In this document: one piece after another, positions 20,368-30,467 of the stretch
Layout of the letters: each line of letters begins with the position of its first letter
Position numbering within the stretch: the first letter of the stretch is position 1
Source of the DNA: an uncultured Mycoplasmatota bacterium
GTDB taxonomy: Bacteria; Bacillota_I; Bacilli_A; RF39; UBA660
Direction: 5' to 3'
Length of the DNA: 57,466 nucleotides
NCBI GenBank assembly: GCA_946498375.1
Contig: CAMMOI010000003.1
Span: 1 to 57,466, forward strand
Made by a program: the position numbers and the translations under genes
The notes under the pieces: generated by a model
What the model was told of the DNA's origin: nothing
Database searches by the model: none
What the model saw: the letters and a program-made list of their open reading frames with translations, nothing else

Positions 20368-21571
20368 AGAACATTTAAAAAAGTTTTTATTTCTTTCTTT
20401 AGTTCCCATTATATTTTTTCTAATAATAGGAAATACCTTTTTTTACTATCAATATCATACCTATACTAAAAATTATAATAATAAAATTAATTCAATTGTC
20501 ACCTTAATACAAGAAAAATATCCTAATATCGATCAAAATGAATTAATTGAAATTTTAAATAATCAAAAATCTTTTAATAATGATAATTTTTTAAAGTATG
20601 GTATTGATATAAAGAAAGAATCTCTAATTTTAGAAAATAATCGTGATTTTAAATTTTTTCTTATATTTTATAATATTTTAATTATATTCTCTTTTTTAAG
20701 TATTATATTTCTTTATCTTAGACACGAAAAAAAATTAGATCGAGAGATTAAAAAAATAGTAAGAAGTATTGAGCAAATTAATAAAAAAAATTATTCTATT
20801 GATATTTCAGATAATGGTGAGGATATATTATCTATCTTAAAAAATGAAATTTATAAAACAACAATTATGTTAAAAGAAGCTGCTGAAAATTCTAAAGCCG
20901 ATAAATTAAAGTTAAAAAAATCTTTATCTGATATATCCCATCAATTAAAAACCCCTCTAACATCGATTAATATTATGTTAGATAACATTTTAGATAATCC
21001 TAATATGGATAATAAAACTAAAGAAAAATTTGTTCAAAATATAAAAAGAGAAATTATAAATATGAACTTTTTAATTCAGGAAATATTAAAGCTTTCTAAA
21101 TTTGATGCTAATGTTATAAAATTTAATAATAAACAAGTATATGTAAGCGATATAATAAATATGGCTATTTCTAATGTTGAAATGCTTGCTGAAATTAAAA
21201 ATATAAAAATAAAGTTAGAAATAATTAGTGATAGTAAAATAATATGTGATTTAAAATGGCAAGCTGAAGCAATTGCCAATATTTTAAAAAATTGTTTAGA
21301 GCATTCTTTAAATAATTCTACCATTATAATTAACATTGGTTATAATAAGGTATATAATAAAATAACTATCATTGATTATGGGGAGGGAATAGATAAAAAA
21401 GATCTTCCTCATATTTTCAAAAGATATTATAAAGCTAAAAATTCTTCAAAAGATAGTGTAGGAATTGGCCTTTCTTTAGCTAAGAGTATTATAAATAAAA
21501 ATAATGGTACTATTACTGTTGATTCAATAAAAAATAAGTATACTAAATTTGTAATTAAGTATTATCAATAG
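20351..21571 (+). CDS. Sensor histidine kinase
   Basis: Two TM segments, SHQLKTPL, NILKNC, GIGLSLAK. Confidence 0.93.
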   Translation: MRLENKEHLKKFLFLSLVPIIFFLIIGNTFFYYQYHTYTKNYNNKINSIVTLIQEKYPNIDQNELIEILNNQKSFNNDNFLKYGIDIKKESLILENNRDFKFFLIFYNILIIFSFLSIIFLYLRHEKKLDREIKKIVRSIEQINKKNYSIDISDNGEDILSILKNEIYKTTIMLKEAAENSKADKLKLKKSLSDISHQLKTPLTSINIMLDNILDNPNMDNKTKEKFVQNIKREIINMNFLIQEILKLSKFDANVIKFNNKQVYVSDIINMAISNVEMLAEIKNIKIKLEIISDSKIICDLKWQAEAIANILKNCLEHSLNNSTIIINIGYNKVYNKITIIDYGEGIDKKDLPHIFKRYYKAKNSSKDSVGIGLSLAKSIINKNNGTITVDSIKNKYTKFVIKYYQ

Positions 21572-21617
21572 TTCTTTTTTCTTAAAATTATGATATTATT
21601 TAAATAGTGGTGGTTGT

Positions 21618-23066
21618 ATGTCTAAAAAAAAGATAGCATTAATAAGTTCTATAGTCATTATATTATGTATAATAGTAGGATTTATTAATTTTTTTGCTGA
21701 AGAAATTAATATAACTTTAATAGGAAGCGAAAATATTGAGTTAGATGTAGGCAGTAAGTATAAAGAGCTTGGGGCTAATGCTAGTGCATGTTCTAAAGGT
21801 AAATGTAAAAATATTTCTGATCAAATCAAAATAAATGAATCTATAGATATTAATACATTAGGAAGTTATGAAGTTGTTTATGAATTAAAATATAATAAAA
21901 AAACTTATAGCAAAACAAGAATTGTAAATATTGTAGATACTGAATCACCGGTTATTACTTTAAAAGGAAATCAAGATGCTATTGTTTGTCCGGGAAAAGA
22001 GTATGAAGAAGAAGGATATGAAGTTACAGATAATTACGATAAAGATTTAACTTCAAAAGTTAAAGTTATCAAAGGTGATAATCAAATAAAATATACAGTA
22101 AGCGACTCCTCTAATAATGAAAGTTCTATAATTCGTAATGTTAAAGAAGAAGATAAAGAAAGTCCAGTTATATCATTAAATGGCTCAAATACAATTAATA
22201 TGTATTTAAATGATAATTATCAAGAGCTAGGTGTTACGGTAAATGATAATTGTAGTCAAATTGATTCATCAAAAGTACATATTAATAATCCAGTTGATTC
22301 ATCTAAAGAGGGGACTTACAAAGTAACTTATGAAGTAGAGGATGAAAGCGGTAATACTGCTACAGCATATAGAACTGTAAATGTTATAAAACCAATATCT
22401 TTTAATACTACAAATAAACAAGAATACATAAATAATTTAGAAAAATATATAAAAGAAAAAAATTATAATGTTAGTATTGGTTATGTTAACTTAAATACAA
22501 ATTATACTTATTTATATAATCAAAATGTTGTATATTATGGAGCTAGTTTGGTAAAAACCGTAGATGCATTGTATGTTTATGAAAATTTAGCTTTTGATGA
22601 AGATACAAGAATTAAAGTTGAAAAAGCCATATCAGTTAGCGATAACACTGCTCACAGGCAATTAGTTGATATGATAGGAATTGAAAACCTTCGTTCTTAT
22701 GGTAGAAATATTGGTGCTAGTATTTTTTTGAATCGTTCGAATACTGATTATTATGGAAATACTACGGTAAATGATCAAATAGCAATTTGGAAATATTTAT
22801 ATAAGGTTATTAATAATAATGCTAAGGGCAATGAATTAAAAAAATACTTTATTAACAGCTACTATAATTTCTTACTATTTGATGGAATACCAACGACTAT
22901 GCATAAATATGGATATTATGGTAATTATTATCATGATGTAGGAATTGTATATTCTAATAAGCCTTATATTGTAGTTATATTAACAAAACATGGATCAAAT
23001 AATTTTCAAACGGTTGTAAAAGATTTATCTGAAAAAATTTATGGATTAAATCAGATTGATACATAA
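21618..23066 (+). CDS. Membrane-anchored protein with three Ig-like (DUF5011-type) repeats and a class A beta-lactamase-fold serine hydrolase domain
   Basis: PVITLKG/PVISLNG repeats; ASLVK (SxxK), SDN, HKYG, HDVGIV. Confidence 0.8.
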   Translation: MSKKKIALISSIVIILCIIVGFINFFAEEINITLIGSENIELDVGSKYKELGANASACSKGKCKNISDQIKINESIDINTLGSYEVVYELKYNKKTYSKTRIVNIVDTESPVITLKGNQDAIVCPGKEYEEEGYEVTDNYDKDLTSKVKVIKGDNQIKYTVSDSSNNESSIIRNVKEEDKESPVISLNGSNTINMYLNDNYQELGVTVNDNCSQIDSSKVHINNPVDSSKEGTYKVTYEVEDESGNTATAYRTVNVIKPISFNTTNKQEYINNLEKYIKEKNYNVSIGYVNLNTNYTYLYNQNVVYYGASLVKTVDALYVYENLAFDEDTRIKVEKAISVSDNTAHRQLVDMIGIENLRSYGRNIGASIFLNRSNTDYYGNTTVNDQIAIWKYLYKVINNNAKGNELKKYFINSYYNFLLFDGIPTTMHKYGYYGNYYHDVGIVYSNKPYIVVILTKHGSNNFQTVVKDLSEKIYGLNQIDT

Positions 23067-23109
23067 AATAATTAAAAAAAGAATATTGACTTATGAGTCA
23101 ATTTTTTTA

Positions 23110-23149
23110 TTGACAAGTTTTTTTATAATGTATATACTGTATATGTACA
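23110..23149 (+). promoter_or_regulatory. Sigma-A promoter overlapped by a YtrA-type operator
   Basis: TTGACA-17 bp-TATACT; imperfect palindrome TGTATATACTGTATATGTACA 23129-23149. Confidence 0.7.
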
Positions 23150-23171
23150 GTTAAAGAAAAGAGGAATAATT

Positions 23172-23546
23172 ATGAGTATTATTATAAGCAATTCTAGTAA
23201 TATTCCCTTATACGAACAAGTAAAAGAACAAATCAAAAATAAAATATTAACTAATCAACTAAAAGCAGGTGAATTATTACCATCAATAAGAAGTTTAGCT
23301 AGAGATTTAAAAGTTAGCGTTATTACTACTAAAAATGCCTATGACGCCTTAGAAAATGAAGGGTATATAAAAACTATTCCAGGCAAAGGAACATATGTTG
23401 CTAATAAAAATATTGAGCTTATGAAAGAAGAACAATTACAAAAAATAGAAGCTTTATTTGATACGGCTATATCACTAGCTAAAATAAGTAAAATATCTAA
23501 AAAAGAACTTTATGAAATAATAGATATTCTATATAAGGAGGATTAA
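23172..23546 (+). CDS. GntR family (YtrA subfamily) regulator
   Basis: PLYEQ, LPSIRSLA, GKGTYV; 124 aa; heads an ABC operon. Confidence 0.93.
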   Translation: MSIIISNSSNIPLYEQVKEQIKNKILTNQLKAGELLPSIRSLARDLKVSVITTKNAYDALENEGYIKTIPGKGTYVANKNIELMKEEQLQKIEALFDTAISLAKISKISKKELYEIIDILYKED

Positions 23547-23547
23547 A

Positions 23548-24405
23548 ATGGAAAATATTTTAGAAATTAAAAATTTATGTAAAAAATATAATGGTTTTGA
23601 ATTAAAAAACATTAATATTCAATTGCCAAAAGGAATGATTATGGGATTGATTGGCGAAAATGGAGCTGGTAAGACTACAACTATAAAATCTATTTTAAAT
23701 TTAATTCATCTTGATTCAGGTGATATTAAGATTATGAATCAAGATATGAAAAAAAATAATAAAGTGCTTAAAGAAGATATTGGTGTAGTTTTAAATGATA
23801 GCTTTTTTTCTGAATATTTAAACGCTTTAGATATAAATAAAATTATGCAAAATATTTATGAAAAATGGGACGAAGAGTTATATTTTAAATATCTTAATGA
23901 TTTTAAACTTCCAAAAAAGAAAATAATTAAAGAATATTCTACAGGAATGAAAATGAAATTAAAAATAGCTGTAGCTCTTGCTCATCATCCTAAACTTTTA
24001 ATATTAGATGAACCAACATCAGGGTTAGATCCTATTGCTCGTAATGAAATCTTAGATATTTTTCAGGAATTCATTCAAAATGGAACTAACTCAATATTTG
24101 TATCAAGTCACATTACTTCTGATTTAGAACATATTGCTGATTACATTACTTTTATTAATAATGGAGAAATTATTTTTTCCAAAACTTGCGATGAACTATT
24201 AGATAAATATGGATTAGTAAAATGCTCTAAAGAAGAATTTCAAAAGATAGATAAAAAAGATTATATTAAACTTAAAAAAAGTAAGTATGAATATGATATC
24301 TTAGTAGAAGATAAAAATGTTTTTCAAAAAAAATACGATATTAAAGTAATTGATAAACCAACATTAGAAGAAATAATGTTAATTTATATAAAAGGAGAAA
24401 AATAA
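23548..24405 (+). CDS. ABC transporter ATP-binding protein
   Basis: GENGAGKTT, YSTGM, LDEPTSGLD. Confidence 0.95.
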   Translation: MENILEIKNLCKKYNGFELKNINIQLPKGMIMGLIGENGAGKTTTIKSILNLIHLDSGDIKIMNQDMKKNNKVLKEDIGVVLNDSFFSEYLNALDINKIMQNIYEKWDEELYFKYLNDFKLPKKKIIKEYSTGMKMKLKIAVALAHHPKLLILDEPTSGLDPIARNEILDIFQEFIQNGTNSIFVSSHITSDLEHIADYITFINNGEIIFSKTCDELLDKYGLVKCSKEEFQKIDKKDYIKLKKSKYEYDILVEDKNVFQKKYDIKVIDKPTLEEIMLIYIKGEK

Positions 24406-24406
24406 T

Positions 24407-25081
24407 ATGAAAGTTATTAAAGGACTTATTATTAAAGATTTATTACAATTAAAAAGTTATAAAAAAACATTATTTATATTTATCTTAATATTCTTTTTAT
24501 CAGGTCTTACTCAAGAAAATATTAATACTACAATCAGTACAGTAATTTTAATGATTACTTTAGCCTTTGGAATGTTTGGAATAGCTAGTTTTAATTATGA
24601 TGAACAGGCCAAAGCAGATTCTTATATTTTAACTTTACCCATATCAAAAAAAGATGTGTTATTAGCAAAATACTTGCTAATTATAATTCTAACTATTATT
24701 GGGGCACTTATCGGGATTATTTTAAGTATTATAATATCTTTTTTATTAATTCATCACATTCCTAATATTCTTACAATTATAACTACTAGTATTTCTTATA
24801 TATTTGCCTTAGGTATAATAGAATCTTTACAAATACCATGTATTTATAAATGGGGAGCAGAGAAAGGAAGATTACAATTGTTTGTCATTGTTGCTGTAGT
24901 TGCTTTACTACTTGGAGCTGTAGTATATATAATTAAAAGATTTAATTATATATCTCAAATTCAAGACATTTTAAACTCAACTGTATCTTATCTGCCTCTA
25001 TTGTTACTTATTATAATTAGCTTTATATATTATATATCTTATAAAGTATCATTAAAAATATATAATAAAAAAGAGTTCTAA
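24407..25081 (+). CDS. ABC-2 type permease
   Basis: Six TM segments, TLPISKKDVLLAKY. Confidence 0.88.
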   Translation: MKVIKGLIIKDLLQLKSYKKTLFIFILIFFLSGLTQENINTTISTVILMITLAFGMFGIASFNYDEQAKADSYILTLPISKKDVLLAKYLLIIILTIIGALIGIILSIIISFLLIHHIPNILTIITTSISYIFALGIIESLQIPCIYKWGAEKGRLQLFVIVAVVALLLGAVVYIIKRFNYISQIQDILNSTVSYLPLLLLIIISFIYYISYKVSLKIYNKKEF

Positions 25082-25341
25082 TTTATCTAGACTTATCAAA
25101 AATGATAAGTTTTTTATTATAAAATTATAATTTTTGATATAATGTTATTAAGAAGATTAATTAACTGCCCACGAAGATGTATATTGGTATGGCTTGATAC
25201 CAGAAATAGCTTTAAGTGATGATATAGTTTTATAAGTTGAAAAAATGGTTAGTTTGCATTCAACACTAATGAATATATAAAATATTTGATCAAAGATAAT
25301 AATCTATATACAGCAAGTTATGAATAGCAATTCTGAAAAAT

Positions 25342-25710
25342 TTAATAAAACCATATAATAAAGATATTCTACTGGAGAAAATAAAAAGAGCATTAAAAAT
25401 GCAAGATCCAATTCAGTATAAAGAAATAAAAGTAAAAGGCATAACTTTGGATTTGCATTTATCTATTGTTAAATATGGTGATAAAGAAGTAGAACTCACT
25501 AGAAATGAATTTCATATCTTATATTACTTTTTTATGAATCCTGATAAAATTATTTCTAAAGAAGAATTACTAGATTATCTTTGGAACGAAAAATATTATT
25601 TAGATGATAACATTTTAAATGTTAATTTAAACAGATTAAGAAAAAAGCTAGAAGAAATTGATCAACCAAATTTTATACGAAACATAAGAGGAAAGGGTTA
25701 TAAGATATGA
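25342..25710 (+). pseudogene. Response regulator lacking most of its receiver domain
   Basis: Frame extends upstream of ATG 25399 through LIKPYNKDILLEKIKRALK (end of a receiver domain); no Asp pocket; winged helix intact. Confidence 0.75.
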
Positions 25711-26702
25711 TGAGATATATTGAGGAGAAAATATGGCTTATTTTGTTCTATATTCTTTTTATCTTTATTCAACTAGTATTTAGCTATTTACTTGGGTTTG
25801 AAATGTCAGTTATGTTTCTTTTGTTTCTTATTAGTGCCTTACTATTAATCATTTATCTATTTTTTGATTATAGAAAAATAAAGAAACAAAGTATAAAAAT
25901 TAAATCATTAACAGATAATTTAGAAGAAAAATATCTTATTTCTGAAGTTTTAAAAAAGCCAAAAGATATAAAAGGTGAAGCATATTATTATGCTTTAAAA
26001 AAAGCCTCAAAATCTATGAATGATGAAATATCTAAACTAGAGCATAAATATCAAGATTATAAAGAATATATCGAAAGTTTTGTTCACGAGGTAAAAACTC
26101 CTATATCAGCTTTATTGTTATATTCTGATAACCATAAAGATGCTGAATTAAAAGGCGAAATTCAAAAAATTGATAATTTAGTAGAGCAAGTTCTTTTTTA
26201 TGCTCGTAGTGAAAATCCTCAAAAAGATTATTTTATAAAAAGCATAAGCTTAGATGAGATAGTACATCAAGTTATAATGCAAAATAAAGACTATTTTTTA
26301 ACTAATAATATTATAATAAACACTAATAATTTAAAACATATAGTAGCAACTGATGAAAAATGGGTTATTTTTGTTATTAACCAAATTATAAATAACTCTA
26401 TAAAATACATGGATAAAAAAGATAAAAAAATAAGTATCCAAGCCAAAAATTTAAAAAATGAGGTATTATTAGAAATTAAAGATAATGGAGTAGGTATATT
26501 AGAATCAGATTTGTCACGAGTATTTGAAAAAGGTTTTACTGGTAGTAATAGAAAAAACACTAGATCAACAGGAATGGGCTTGTATCTGGCAAGCAAAATT
26601 TGTTATAAATTAGGATTAGAAATAAATGTTACTTCTAAATATAAAGAATGGACAAAAATTAGTATCGGTTTTCCCAACAGCAAATATAATAAAATGGATT
26701 AA
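25707..26702 (+). CDS. BceS/GraS-like intramembrane-sensing histidine kinase
   Basis: Two close TM segments, FVHEVKTPIS, TDEKW, FEKGFTG, STGMGLYL. Confidence 0.9.
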   Translation: MMRYIEEKIWLILFYILFIFIQLVFSYLLGFEMSVMFLLFLISALLLIIYLFFDYRKIKKQSIKIKSLTDNLEEKYLISEVLKKPKDIKGEAYYYALKKASKSMNDEISKLEHKYQDYKEYIESFVHEVKTPISALLLYSDNHKDAELKGEIQKIDNLVEQVLFYARSENPQKDYFIKSISLDEIVHQVIMQNKDYFLTNNIIINTNNLKHIVATDEKWVIFVINQIINNSIKYMDKKDKKISIQAKNLKNEVLLEIKDNGVGILESDLSRVFEKGFTGSNRKNTRSTGMGLYLASKICYKLGLEINVTSKYKEWTKISIGFPNSKYNKMD

Positions 26703-26754
26703 AGTTAATACTACTATTAAATAATTTCTCATATAAACTAATAAGAGGGGAGAG

Positions 26755-27510
26755 ATTGTTATAAAAGTAGTATTTCCTTTACTAATTTCAAGCATTGCTG
26801 GTTTATCTACCGTATTAGGTTCTTTAGTTATATTCTTTAAAATTTCGCCTAAAAATATTGCTAAATTTATAACTTTTTGTTTAGCTTTTTCTCTTAGTGT
26901 CATGATTTGTATTTCAATAACAGATTTAATTCCAAATTCTACCTATATTTTGCTTTCTAAATATAGACTATTTAAAGGAATAATTATATGTTTAATTTCA
27001 TTTGTTTTAGGAATAATTTCAATTAATATTATTAATAAACAAATAAATAAAAATAAAGTAGGGGATAATTTATATAAAGTAGGGATACTTAGTATGCTCG
27101 CCCTACTTTTACATAATTTACCTGAGGGGATAGCTACGTTTATGAGCGCCTATAAAGATGTCAACTTAGGAATAGCTTTAGGTATAGCTATAATGTTACA
27201 TAACATACCTGAGGGAGTATCAATAGCTGTTCCTATATATTATTCTACAAACAGTCGCATTAAAGCAATAAAAAAGACTTTATTATCCGGATTAGCAGAA
27301 CCTTTAGGAGCATTCTTAGCATATATATTTTTAGCCAAATTTATTACTGATGAATTAATCAGTATCGTACTATTGTTTGTAGCGGGAATAATGATAACTT
27401 TATCAATTAATAATTTATTAGGACAAGCATTAAAATATAAACAAAATAAATTTATTCTTTTAGGGTTAATTGGCGGAGCCGGAGTTATATTATTAAATCA
27501 TTTATTTTAA
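26755..27510 (+). CDS. ZIP family metal transporter (ZupT-like)
   Basis: HNLPEG and HNIPEG motifs; frame extends upstream through IAGLSTVLGS to an AGGGGAG RBS, start apparently ATT/ATA. Confidence 0.85.
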   Translation: MVIKVVFPLLISSIAGLSTVLGSLVIFFKISPKNIAKFITFCLAFSLSVMICISITDLIPNSTYILLSKYRLFKGIIICLISFVLGIISINIINKQINKNKVGDNLYKVGILSMLALLLHNLPEGIATFMSAYKDVNLGIALGIAIMLHNIPEGVSIAVPIYYSTNSRIKAIKKTLLSGLAEPLGAFLAYIFLAKFITDELISIVLLFVAGIMITLSINNLLGQALKYKQNKFILLGLIGGAGVILLNHLF

Positions 27511-27604
27511 GCTAAAAAATATATCAGTTAACATAATATATATTATCGGAAGTTGTATATATTTTATTTTTTATGAATAATTATATATAAAAAAGTTTAA
27601 TTTC

Positions 27605-28393
27605 TTAAACTTTTCGTGATTGAATTTCAGCAATTTTTTCAAATACTTCTGAGGCATTTGCTTCATTAATAGCTGTATATCCTAATTCTTTTAATGCTTG
27701 AACTTTAATGGTATTTAATTGTTGAGTTCTACTTAACGTTTCTTCTTTTTTTTGCTCTATTTCCTGAGCCCAACGTTTATGAGAGTCCATAAGTCTACTA
27801 CGAGAAGCTCCCCCATTATTATAAAGTGTTAGGGCAGAGAAAAGAATGCCTTCAAATATAAATTGTTTATCTTCATTGAATTTAAAATCATTAGGATCTG
27901 TAAATCCAGTAGTCTTAGACATATAGGCAAATATATATTTAATCTCTGGTACATTATCAATTGATTGTAATAGGTGATATAAGTATAAAAAAGCTGTATA
28001 ATTTTGTTCACGTTCAGTGTCATTCTCACCACAATCTAATAGTTTTTCTTTCAATAAAAAAGTAATATCAGATATTAACATTTGTTCGTCTTTGCGTAGA
28101 CCTTTTAAATCTAAATAATTATCATAACCGTTAAAATTTTTAATAGTTTTATTTAGCTTAGATTCTACACTCATCATATAATCTGTTGTAACTTTGATAT
28201 CCTTAATACTTTCTTCATCACCATTTTCGATTTCTAATAAACGAAATAATAACAATTTTTTTTCTTTAGGCCATTTATTTAAAGATGGTAATTCCAAATA
28301 ATTATAGACCATTTGACGAGAAACTCCTAAATATCTAGCTAATTTTACTTTGGAAATTCCTAATTCTTGTAATAGTTCCTTTAAGCTTTCCAT
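27605..28393 (-). CDS. XRE-type HTH protein with uncharacterised C-terminus
   Basis: LGISKVKLARYLGVSRQMVYNY. Confidence 0.75.
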   Translation of the reverse strand: MESLKELLQELGISKVKLARYLGVSRQMVYNYLELPSLNKWPKEKKLLLFRLLEIENGDEESIKDIKVTTDYMMSVESKLNKTIKNFNGYDNYLDLKGLRKDEQMLISDITFLLKEKLLDCGENDTEREQNYTAFLYLYHLLQSIDNVPEIKYIFAYMSKTTGFTDPNDFKFNEDKQFIFEGILFSALTLYNNGGASRSRLMDSHKRWAQEIEQKKEETLSRTQQLNTIKVQALKELGYTAINEANASEVFEKIAEIQSRKV

Positions 28394-28508
28394 CTTGATC
28401 TTCCCTTCTCTACTATTTACAATTTAATTATAAACACTTAACAAAAAAGTGTCAAGATACAAGTAAAATTTATTGCAAAATATATGATAATATGTTGTCT
28501 ATTACATT

Positions 28509-29615
28509 TTATAAATACCAAAGTTTTTCATTATTTTTATAAACTTCTTTAATAATTCCACTTCCTAGACATTGTTCTCCTAAATATAGTACACAAGCTT
28601 GGCCTGGAGTTACAGCTTTAACTGGATTTTGATATTTTACTATTGCTTCATTATTATCTAAATATTCAATAGAAACAGCATTATCTGGTCCACGATATCT
28701 AAATTTAGCTGTACAAAAAGTTGGAGTTGTAGGAGAAATAAAATTTAAATTTTCAATTAAGCATGAATCGCTATACAAGTATTCATTATCTTCTCCAAAA
28801 CAGACATATAATACGTTTTTTTCAACATCCTTGCCACAAACAAAATGTCTTTTTTCAAATCCAGCAATGCCAACATTTCTTCTTTGACCAATAGTATAAT
28901 TCATTAATCCGTTATGTTTACCAATAACTTCTGAAGTTTCAATATCGATAATATCTCCTGGGTTTGGCTTTAAATAATTTGAAATAAACTCTTGATAATG
29001 CCTTTCTCCTATAAAACAGATACCAGTTGAATCTTTTTTATGAGCCGTCGCAATATTGGCTTCTTCAGCAATTTTGCGGACTTCGATTTTTGTTAATTTT
29101 CCAACTGGAAATAAAACGTTTTGAAGTTGATTAGGAGTTAATTGAGCTAAAAAGTAGCTTTGATCTTTATTTTGATCTACACCACGTAATAGTCTATTAC
29201 CTTTAGTCTGAGCATAATGCCCAGTAGCAACATAATCAGCTCCTAATTTTTTAGCCTCTTTAATAAACAAATCAAATTTAATATATTTATTACACATTAA
29301 ATCAGGGTTAGGAGTACGTCCTTTTTTTAACTCATCTAAAAAGTAAGTAAAAACATTATCCCAATATTCTTTAATAAAATCAACTCGATGTAATGGAATA
29401 TTTAATTGATCACACACTTTTTTGGCATCATTATAATCCTGTTCTTGAGGACAAATATAATTATTAATAGTAGGATTACCAGCTATATCATTATTTAGTG
29501 TAGCATCCCAATTACGCATAAATAAACCAATAACCTCATATCCTTCTTTAAGCAATAAATATGCTGCTACAGACGAGTCAACTCCCCCACTCATTCCAAC
29601 TACTACTTTACTCAA
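28509..29615 (-). CDS. mnmA: tRNA 2-thiouridylase
   Basis: SGGVDSS, TPNPD, ATGHYA, KDQSYFL, DSTGICFIG, TPGQ. Confidence 0.97.
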   Translation of the reverse strand: MSKVVVGMSGGVDSSVAAYLLLKEGYEVIGLFMRNWDATLNNDIAGNPTINNYICPQEQDYNDAKKVCDQLNIPLHRVDFIKEYWDNVFTYFLDELKKGRTPNPDLMCNKYIKFDLFIKEAKKLGADYVATGHYAQTKGNRLLRGVDQNKDQSYFLAQLTPNQLQNVLFPVGKLTKIEVRKIAEEANIATAHKKDSTGICFIGERHYQEFISNYLKPNPGDIIDIETSEVIGKHNGLMNYTIGQRRNVGIAGFEKRHFVCGKDVEKNVLYVCFGEDNEYLYSDSCLIENLNFISPTTPTFCTAKFRYRGPDNAVSIEYLDNNEAIVKYQNPVKAVTPGQACVLYLGEQCLGSGIIKEVYKNNEKLWYL

Positions 29616-29682
29616 ATTGCAATCACCTCAATTTACTATGCTAAATTATATCAAAAATAATAAAAAAAATAAAGTTAATCCT

Positions 29683-30267
29683 TTATTTTAGAAGAAATAA
29701 AAATAATGATAAAATTTTGTTAGCTGCAAAATATAAAAATAAATCATATATTATAATCGCTAAAGAAGTAATACCTAATTTTAAAAACAGATTTTTAAGT
29801 AACAAATAAAGAGATTCATTTTCTTTATATATTAATACTCTAAGGAGTTTTTTACTAATTTTTAATGCAATATAAGCAATATAAATAATACATAGAATAA
29901 AAGGCATTTTACAAAGCAAAATATAAATAAGCCCAAATATAATTCCCGATATTTTATAAGCCCCATATAATGATGCTATCAAAAAGCCAATACTCGTACA
30001 CTCAAAAAATAAATAAAATAAAATAAGAGGTATGCCAATTATTGAATATGCCAAAAAAATTAAGATAATTATAATTAATAAATGCATTAATAGCATATTT
30101 TGATGATCATTTTGAATAACTTCTTGAAGATTTTTTAAGTTTTCAATTATTAAATCGATATTGGCAGCACTTTGAAAATTATAATATAAAATACCGAATA
30201 TAAACGCTATAATAATTAATGTAATTATAAATGTTTTTGCTATGTTGTTAGAGTATAATCTTTTCAT
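29683..30267 (-). CDS. spoIIM: Stage II sporulation protein M-like membrane protein
   Basis: Five TM segments with SIIGIPLILF...IGFLI pattern; sigma-E-like promoter upstream. Confidence 0.6.
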   Translation of the reverse strand: MKRLYSNNIAKTFIITLIIIAFIFGILYYNFQSAANIDLIIENLKNLQEVIQNDHQNMLLMHLLIIIILIFLAYSIIGIPLILFYLFFECTSIGFLIASLYGAYKISGIIFGLIYILLCKMPFILCIIYIAYIALKISKKLLRVLIYKENESLYLLLKNLFLKLGITSLAIIIYDLFLYFAANKILSLFLFLLK

Positions 30268-30282
30268 ATTTTCACCTATTTA

Positions 30283-30311
30283 AATATATTTACAATATCT
30301 TAAAAATATGA
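30283..30311 (-). promoter_or_regulatory. Sigma-E-like promoter
   Basis: TCATATT-14 bp-AATATATT upstream of AGGTGA RBS; spoIIM is sigma-E dependent in Bacillus. Confidence 0.4.
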
Positions 30312-30340
30312 TACATTAATTAAGCAAAGGTGGTAAAACT

Positions 30341-30439
30341 ATGAATAAAAAAGCCCAAAAAATAGCAGTATGGTCTATGTTAATTGTTATGATTTTAGGT
30401 ACAATAGCCGGATTTGTAACTTATTTAATTTATTACTAA
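30341..30439 (+). CDS. 32-aa single-TM peptide (DUF4044/Prli42-like), not in the ORF track
   Basis: AAAGGTGG RBS; MNKKAQKIAVWSMLIVMILGTIAGFVTYLIYY*. Confidence 0.75.
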   Translation: MNKKAQKIAVWSMLIVMILGTIAGFVTYLIYY

Positions 30440-30467
30440 AACATAGATTTATAAAATCAAAAAGAAA

